IMG/VR virus record: IMGVR_UViG_3300025576_000001
Span: 12,217-76,216 of that record
Length of the DNA: 64,000 nt
Direction: 5' to 3' (one strand)
Source of the DNA: a virus
In this document: in pieces, positions 58,024 through 64,000 of the stretch
How the letters are laid out: every line of letters starts with the position of its first letter
Numbering within the stretch: position 1 is the first letter of the stretch
The notes under the pieces: model-generated
What the model was told of the DNA's origin: nothing
The model's database searches: none
Seen by the model: only the letters and a program-made list of their open reading frames with translations
Program-made: the position numbers and the translations under genes

Positions 58024-58130
58024 CTACGCCTGGTTTCGCTGGCCTGCGCGTGGGCCACAAGTCACCGCGTTCGGATGCGTGCGCGTGCTAGCCGACACGC
58101 CAAAGAGCGAGCGGATCGCCGCAGACCCGC
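57751..58130 (+). repeat. 190-bp tandem duplication
   Basis: 57751-57940 is repeated at 57941-58130 with no difference seen by eye. Confidence 0.95.
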
Positions 58131-58145
58131 GCAGAAAGGACCACA

Positions 58146-58999
58146 ATGCCGAGTAAACTGGGTCACAACAGAGACCAGCGCCTCCGCGCCGTAGCGGAAG
58201 CAATCGCCAAAGCGCGCTGGCTGCGCGAGGGAGATGGACCATTTGCCTTTGTGGCGCCCTTCCTATTCGACGAGGCTAAGGCGGCAATCGAGGCAGACGA
58301 CGCCGTCGAGTCACCCGAGTATTGCCCGAATTGCCGGTGCAAGCATTGCCTTGACATCTATTGGGCCAAGCGCGAACAGTGGGAAGCGGACCAGCGGGCG
58401 GCTGGGCTTTGGATTGACGACGACTAGGAGGACCGCAATGCCTAGACCATCACCCGAGTTTCGCCACAGCCTCACGGTCGAGCTGCCCAACGGCCGCGAG
58501 GTGAACGTGGACCTGACGTTCGCGGGCTACTACCAACCGGCGCGACTCTACGGGGCGCCCGAGAACTGCTCACCCGAGGATGGCGAGGTGACGATCCTCA
58601 CCGCCCACACCGCCGAGGAGGACGGCACAGTGGAGTGGAACGAGTGGGCAACGCGGGTGAAGCTCACCGAGGCCGACATTGAGTCAATCGAAGGCCGTCT
58701 GATGGATGTGATCCGGGAGGCGCGATATGCCGAGTAAGCCGACCGTCGACGTGAACCGGCTGCCATTCCGACACGCAGACACTTGGCCATGGCGCTGGCT
58801 CTACCGCCTCTACACCAGCAGCACCACGCTCCATCGTCTTGTCTCGCGCACGAAATGGTATCGAGGCGACGACGGGGGCACACCTCAAGCAGATGGTACA
58901 GTGCGCGGTGTGTGGACCATGACTCCCATCGAATCGCTGGCCTACTGGCGTGTCCACCTCGCCTCCGCAGCCGCCGCCAAGGCCCGGGGCGCGTCGTGA
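58146..58999 (+). CDS. three hypothetical ORFs (58146-58427, 58438-58737, 58727-58999)
   Basis: RBSs AAGGA and AGGAGG; overlaps. Confidence 0.55.
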
Positions 59000-59703
59000 G
59001 CCACAAGCGCGCCTTCACGATGCGGGACTCGCTTCCGGTGCGGCGTCCCGATTCGACGGAGCGCCACTGCCGATTCTGCGGGGGAGTCGTGGCGCGTCCG
59101 CGGTTGACGTTCTGCTCCGATGCGTGCGTCAAGCAGTGGACACTGCGGAGCCGACCACAGGATGCCCGTAAGGCGGTGGAGAAGCGGGACCACGGCGTCT
59201 GCAATGTCTGCGGCGTCGACACCCAGCAGATCGAACGGCTGGCGCGACGGCTCGACCTGCTGGCGTTTGGCGCTTGGCGGGTCCGAGAGTATGGTGTGGA
59301 GTCTCGCCCGGACGTGGATGATTCGGACATCGGCGTGCGGCCCTCGTCATGGCACCGCTACCCGAGCGCCCACAAGTCCGCCAGGTGGCTCGATTGGCTG
59401 CTCCACATGGTGCGCTGGTGGTTCGGCGTTTGGGGCGGTGGACAACCTGGAGATGAGCATCCATCGCGCCTCGCCTATTTTGCCCACCTATGGGAGGCCG
59501 ACCACATCGTGCCGGTCGTGGAGGGCGGCGGGGCGTCCAGGGATGCCGACCCGCTGGCGAATCTGCGGACGCTCTGCCGGCACTGCCACAAGGTCGAGAC
59601 GCGCGCGTTGGCGGCCCGGCGAGCCGCCGCACGAAAGAAGCAAATGGGAGCTACTACGATGACTTGCAAGACGGACGTGAGGCGTGTATCGTGGTGCTGC
59701 TAG
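58996..59703 (+). CDS. HNH endonuclease
   Basis: CRFCG, FCSDAC, RDHGVCNVCG, WEADHIVPVVEGGG...NLRTLCRHCHK. Confidence 0.85.
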   Translation: MSHKRAFTMRDSLPVRRPDSTERHCRFCGGVVARPRLTFCSDACVKQWTLRSRPQDARKAVEKRDHGVCNVCGVDTQQIERLARRLDLLAFGAWRVREYGVESRPDVDDSDIGVRPSSWHRYPSAHKSARWLDWLLHMVRWWFGVWGGGQPGDEHPSRLAYFAHLWEADHIVPVVEGGGASRDADPLANLRTLCRHCHKVETRALAARRAAARKKQMGATTMTCKTDVRRVSWCC

Positions 59704-59817
59704 CCACATGGACCATTCACCCCCTGCGATCGCGTTCGCTCCCCCGTCAGCCATGTGGCTAGCACCCGTGGACGGCAGGTCAGAGCGGGCGCGTTCGGAG
59801 GGTGCGAGCGGTATTTG

Positions 59818-60597
59818 ATGCCACTTGTCCCGTGGATTCGCTTCTACACGAGCATGCCTCGACACCGAAAGACAGTCGTGCTCAAGAGGCTGCTTGGCAC
59901 CTACGAGCACATCGTCAACTTGTGGTGCTGGGCGGCCGACAACGCCAAGGACGGCGACTTGACCGGCTTCACGGTTGCTGAGCTTGAATCGTTCGCGGAA
60001 TGGCGAGGAACCACAGGTGCCGCCGTTGCTGCCATGGTCGAGGCCGGCTTCATCGATCAGGAGGGTGAGAAACTTCGGCTGCATCGGTGGATGGAGCGCA
60101 CCGGCGCCGGTGTGGATTCTCTCCTGAAGACGCGCCACCGGCAAAGCGAACTGATGAAACATCGTCGCAGTGTTAGCGCTAACACAGACGCTAACACAAA
60201 CAATAACCCTCTCCCTCTCTCTGAGAGTAGTAGATCCCCGGATCAAGAGTCAGAGAAGAGGGAGAGGGTTAGTCGAGGAGTTAGCGCTAACGAGCGTCAG
60301 CGTCCGAACACAGCTCACGATCTGGTGTGGGCCATCAAGGCCGCGGTCGAGAGGGCGCAGCCAGAGCACGGCATGTGGGCGCCCGACACGTTCGCCCAGG
60401 AGAACGCCTCTCGGCTCTTGGTGGGGCTGGGAGACGCGGCGAAGGCCATGCCTGAGCTTGAGCGCAAGATTGCCCTTTTCGCGGACGATCCCGAGATGCA
60501 GCCATGGACGGTCAAGAAGTTCTGTGACCAGTACAACGGCATAGGCCACGCGAAGCCCAACAAGACCGGACAGCCACCGCGGGCGGTGTACCGATGA
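59818..60597 (+). CDS. phage replication initiator protein
   Basis: WIRF...RHRK...LWCWA....DGDL...MVEAGFID...LH.W; directly upstream of the DnaB gene. Confidence 0.7.
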   Translation: MPLVPWIRFYTSMPRHRKTVVLKRLLGTYEHIVNLWCWAADNAKDGDLTGFTVAELESFAEWRGTTGAAVAAMVEAGFIDQEGEKLRLHRWMERTGAGVDSLLKTRHRQSELMKHRRSVSANTDANTNNNPLPLSESSRSPDQESEKRERVSRGVSANERQRPNTAHDLVWAIKAAVERAQPEHGMWAPDTFAQENASRLLVGLGDAAKAMPELERKIALFADDPEMQPWTVKKFCDQYNGIGHAKPNKTGQPPRAVYR

Positions 60598-61988
60598 CCG
60601 ACCAAACGCCACCCCACGACCCCGAGGCCGAGTTGTCGGTTCTCGGGACCATGCTGGTGGCGTCCGGTGAAGCGTTCCCGCTGCTGTCCGGACTGCGGGT
60701 GGACGACTTTTTCCTGCCAGAGCACCGCGAAGCCTGGGCGGCTGTGCTGGCCGTCATCGAGCGTAAAATGCCGGTCGACATCGTGGCGGTGGGGGACGAG
60801 TTGAAGGCCCGGGCCATGTGGCAGCGGTTCCCGGGCGGCTGGCAGACCTGGGCCACCAACTGCGCCCGACACGCGACCGCGCCCGAAGTGGCAGAGCAGC
60901 ACGGCAAGATCATCGCGCAGAAGGCGGCGCTGCGGCGGCTCATCGCCCTTTGCGTTGAAGTGCAGGCATCGGCGTACTCGACGAACGACCTCGAAGACGC
61001 GCTCACGCGCGCTCGCCAAGGCGTGGCGGCGCTGGAGGTACAGGCCAGCGACAAGGATTCCGTGCGGCTCGGCGATGCGCTGGGCGGCATCCTGGACACC
61101 ATCGCCGACAGGACGGACGGCAAGAAGCCGGCGGGAGTGGACTACGGGATCGACAGCCTCCAGCAGATTCTTGGGAGTGCCAAGCCTGGGCAGTTCATCA
61201 TCGTCGCGGCCCGGCCCGCCGAGGGCAAGTCGGCACTTACGGGCCAGTTCTCGCTGTACTCTGCGGCTAAGCTGAAAGTTCCAACGCACCTCTTTTCGGC
61301 CGAGATGCTGGTGCAGGAAATGGGCGAGCGCTTTCTTTCGAGCCGGGCGCGCGTGCCGTCCTACCAGATGGCCACCGGGCGCCTTGACGTTGAGCAATGG
61401 AAGAAGATTCAAAGCGCGGCAGGCGGCCTGTACGAGATCCCGTTGCGGATCGACGATCGGTCCCGCTCGCTCGGCCAGATCACCGGCAAGATTCGCAAGT
61501 GGCACGCGATGGAGGTCTGCCGGAACGCCAAGGATGGCGAGGCTCCGCTGGCCCTCGTCGCGATTGACTACCTCCAGCGGATCCGCATCGACGGCCGAAA
61601 GGGCGAGACACGGGATCAGGAACTTGGGCGGGTCTCATCCGACCTGAAGGCGCTGGCGATGGAGCTTCAGATCCCAATCCTTGTCGTGGCGGCTCTTTCG
61701 CGTGCGACCGAGAAGCGCGGGGGGCCGCCGTTGCTGGGCGACCTCCGGGAGTGCGGGAACTTGGAGTACGACGCCGACGTGGTGATCTTCATCCACCGGA
61801 ACATCCCACTCGAAGACCAGAAGGCACGCCGCCAGCCAGGACCAGCCGAGCTGATCGTAGCCAAACACCGAGGCGGCCCGACAGGCGTTGCAGATGTGTA
61901 CTGGAACGCTCCGCTGATGGAATGGACCTCTCTGGACTCCCACAGCTCCCCGCCCCGCGACTTCCACGATCCCGACCGCGAACCGTAA
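60594..61988 (+). CDS. dnaB: replicative DNA helicase
   Basis: PPHD.EAE.SVLG; AARPAEGKS; FSAEM; IDYLQ; LRECGNLEYDAD; AKHRGGPTG. Confidence 0.95.
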   Translation: MTDQTPPHDPEAELSVLGTMLVASGEAFPLLSGLRVDDFFLPEHREAWAAVLAVIERKMPVDIVAVGDELKARAMWQRFPGGWQTWATNCARHATAPEVAEQHGKIIAQKAALRRLIALCVEVQASAYSTNDLEDALTRARQGVAALEVQASDKDSVRLGDALGGILDTIADRTDGKKPAGVDYGIDSLQQILGSAKPGQFIIVAARPAEGKSALTGQFSLYSAAKLKVPTHLFSAEMLVQEMGERFLSSRARVPSYQMATGRLDVEQWKKIQSAAGGLYEIPLRIDDRSRSLGQITGKIRKWHAMEVCRNAKDGEAPLALVAIDYLQRIRIDGRKGETRDQELGRVSSDLKALAMELQIPILVVAALSRATEKRGGPPLLGDLRECGNLEYDADVVIFIHRNIPLEDQKARRQPGPAELIVAKHRGGPTGVADVYWNAPLMEWTSLDSHSSPPRDFHDPDREP

Positions 61989-62003
61989 CGAAAGGACGAA
62001 CCA

Positions 62004-62375
62004 ATGGCCCACGAAATCACCGACCAGGAATGCGAAGCTTTCAGCGTCGTCGCCGCCAAGGTGTTCATGATCGCAAAGGAACACGGCTTCCATGATGGCG
62101 ACAGAGTGGAATTGGTAACACTCGACCGCATTGCCAAGTTCTGCGCGAACCTCCACGGGGAAGTCTCTGAACTATGGGAAGCCGCGCGCAAGGACAACCT
62201 CTACGAGCCCTGCGACAAGAAAGCCAAGCTGACCTGTGCCGAGGAGGAGTTGGCAGACATCATCATCCGCGCGCTCGACACGGCCCGCACGCTCGGCGTA
62301 GACATTGGCGCCGCCATCAAGCTCAAGAGTGCCTACAACGAGCAGCGCGAGAACATGCATGGAAAGCTGGCCTAG
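62004..62375 (+). CDS. MazG-like nucleotide pyrophosphohydrolase
   Basis: HGEVSELWEA...EEELADIIIRALD. Confidence 0.8.
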   Translation: MAHEITDQECEAFSVVAAKVFMIAKEHGFHDGDRVELVTLDRIAKFCANLHGEVSELWEAARKDNLYEPCDKKAKLTCAEEELADIIIRALDTARTLGVDIGAAIKLKSAYNEQRENMHGKLA

Positions 62376-62485
62376 CGCATGAGCCCTTCCGCCATCGCGA
62401 ATCGCCGCGCTCGCCTGGCCCGGCTGCGCCTCGACCTGGAGATGTCGCCCGTCCCGGCGCCGTCCCGTGAACACGTGGAGAACCC

Positions 62486-63385
62486 ATGACAAAAACTTCG
62501 ATTTCTTGGTGCATCAGCCCAGACGGCTCACCCGGCTTTACTTGGTCGCCCGTGGTCGGCTGCCGCGCGGTCAGCCCCGGCTGCCAGAATTGCTGGGCGG
62601 CTCGCTTGGCGTCCACGCGGCTTGCCCACCTGCCCGAGTACAAGGGGCTCGCCAAGGATGGCAAGTGGACAGGTGGCCCGCGCTTCCTGTCTGACAGGCT
62701 TAGCCAGCCGCTACACAAGCGAAAACCGGCGGGGATTTTCGTGAGCGACATGGGCGATCTGTTTCACGCCGCCGTCGGCGATCAGTTAATTGCGGCCGTG
62801 TTCGGCGTGATGGCTGCATGTCCACAGCATCGTTTTTTTCTGCTCACGAAACGAGCGCAGCGCATGCGGAAGTGGTTCGCGTGGATGAAACTGGAGGCGC
62901 GCACTTGCAATGCCGGCAGAGGAGCGCCAGAAGCGTTTGTGGCCGTTGCATACGCGCAGCGAGAGGGACTGTCCGCCGTCGACGTGGACGGAATAACAAG
63001 CCGCGCGTGGCCGCTCCCGAACGTCTGGATCGGTGTGAGTTGCGAAGACCAGGCGACGGCCGACGAACGCATCCCGGAACTGTTGCGGACGCCAGCCGCG
63101 ATCAGGTACGTGAGTTTCGAGCCAGCGCTGGAGAAGGTCAAATGGCGGCGCGAGTGGATCAGTGGGCCAGGCACCGTTGACCAGATCATTTTGGGCTGTG
63201 AAAGCGGACCGGGCGCGCGGGCGATGCCCAAGGATGCCGCCGAGGATTTGATTGCCCAACTCGCGGCGCCGTTGCCTTGCAAGGTGGCGTTTTTCTACAA
63301 GCAGGCCATGGTCGACGGTCGGCTTGTTCGCGAGCCACTGGCCTACGGGCGCACGTGGCGCCAGTTCCCCGAGGTGCGCCGATGA
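62486..63385 (+). CDS. DUF5131 / phage Gp37-Gp68 family protein
   Basis: GC..VSPGCQNCWA, FVSDMGDLFH, LLTKR, NVWIGVSCEDQ, SFEP, GCESG. Confidence 0.9.
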   Translation: MTKTSISWCISPDGSPGFTWSPVVGCRAVSPGCQNCWAARLASTRLAHLPEYKGLAKDGKWTGGPRFLSDRLSQPLHKRKPAGIFVSDMGDLFHAAVGDQLIAAVFGVMAACPQHRFFLLTKRAQRMRKWFAWMKLEARTCNAGRGAPEAFVAVAYAQREGLSAVDVDGITSRAWPLPNVWIGVSCEDQATADERIPELLRTPAAIRYVSFEPALEKVKWRREWISGPGTVDQIILGCESGPGARAMPKDAAEDLIAQLAAPLPCKVAFFYKQAMVDGRLVREPLAYGRTWRQFPEVRR

Positions 63386-63787
63386 AGCTCGTCTACCTCG
63401 CCTGTCCCTACTCGCACCCGGACCCGGCCGTGCGTGAGGGCCGCTTCCACCAAGACGGGCTGGGACTACTGGCAGGAGTACGACCGCGAGATCTTGAGCG
63501 CGTGCGGGGCACTGGTCGTTTTCTGTCTGGAGGGCTGGCAACGATCAGCGGGCGTACAGGGCGAGATGAAGATTGCCGAGGAGATGCGCATACCCGCCTT
63601 TCTCGTCGGGAGCTGCGCGGACTGCGCCGACATCATCGCGCCGCAACTGTTGCTCTTGCTACATGGCCCGGATGCTGCGGGCGATTGCATCGCCGACGAG
63701 GCCCGCGTGCTGGAACGCAGGGCCGAGAGGCTGCGGGAACGAGCGGAAGAAGTGCTTGACAACGAAGTGCAAAAGGGTACAAGGTAG
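63382..63787 (+). pseudogene. DUF1937-family gene with internal deletion and frameshift
   Basis: MKLVYLACPYSHPDPAVREGRF in one frame and WDYWQEYDREIL..C..LVV..LEGW..S.GVQGE in another; the expected middle segment is missing near 63450. Confidence 0.7.
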
Positions 63788-63807
63788 GGCAAGTGAGGTA
63801 AACGACC

Positions 63808-64000
63808 GTGTGCCAATACGTTAGCGTAGTCGCGACGACCGAGGGACCGCTGACCCTGTACGCCGCTCCTGGGCTCACCAGCCACGGCGACGCGCGGGCA
63901 GGATGGAAGGTGACGGGTGGCGCTGAAGTGGAATGGACAGGAGAGGCGCATGATTCGTTGCTGGTTCGACACGAGGATGCCGACACGGCCAAGACGATCC
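63808..64000 (+). CDS. 3'-truncated hypothetical protein
   Basis: GAGG RBS, GTG start; MCQYVSVV resembles the MCNFLSGV start of 51931; open to the window end. Confidence 0.55.
   Translation, partial: MCQYVSVVATTEGPLTLYAAPGLTSHGDARAGWKVTGGAEVEWTGEAHDSLLVRHEDADTAKTI

Overview
The window is a large part of a high-GC tailed phage or prophage genome with a contractile (myovirus-type) tail. A Myxococcota-like host is inferred only weakly, from a Fis-type HTH, Cys-rich lipoproteins and PKD-like domains. Layout: head module (HNH, gpF-like minor head, scaffold, major capsid) interrupted by an antisense glycosyltransferase/sigma-r4/FkbM cassette; neck, sheath, tube, frameshifting chaperone, tape measure, baseplate and fibres (10-33 kb); exported, membrane and lysis genes with a tnpB-only IS200/IS605 element (33-43 kb); a cargo-carrying IS1595 element with a type IIG-like RM enzyme and a RelE toxin (45-49 kb); early genes for recombination, methylation and replication (49-64 kb). 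No terminase, portal, integrase, tRNA, rRNA, CRISPR array or reverse transcriptase was recognised. Best candidates for new biology: (1) an RM enzyme with an antitoxin-like C-terminal tail directly upstream of an otherwise orphan RelE (possible RM-guarding toxin-antitoxin system); (2) a ~500-nt highly structured non-coding region directly after the major capsid gene; (3) IS200/IS605 elements inserted at TCAT, the reverse complement of ATGA start codons, including a 49-bp solo-hairpin scar that preserves both flanking genes; (4) a near-identical 7-blade beta-propeller inserted in a baseplate wedge protein. All product calls come from motif recognition and gene order by eye; no database search was run.
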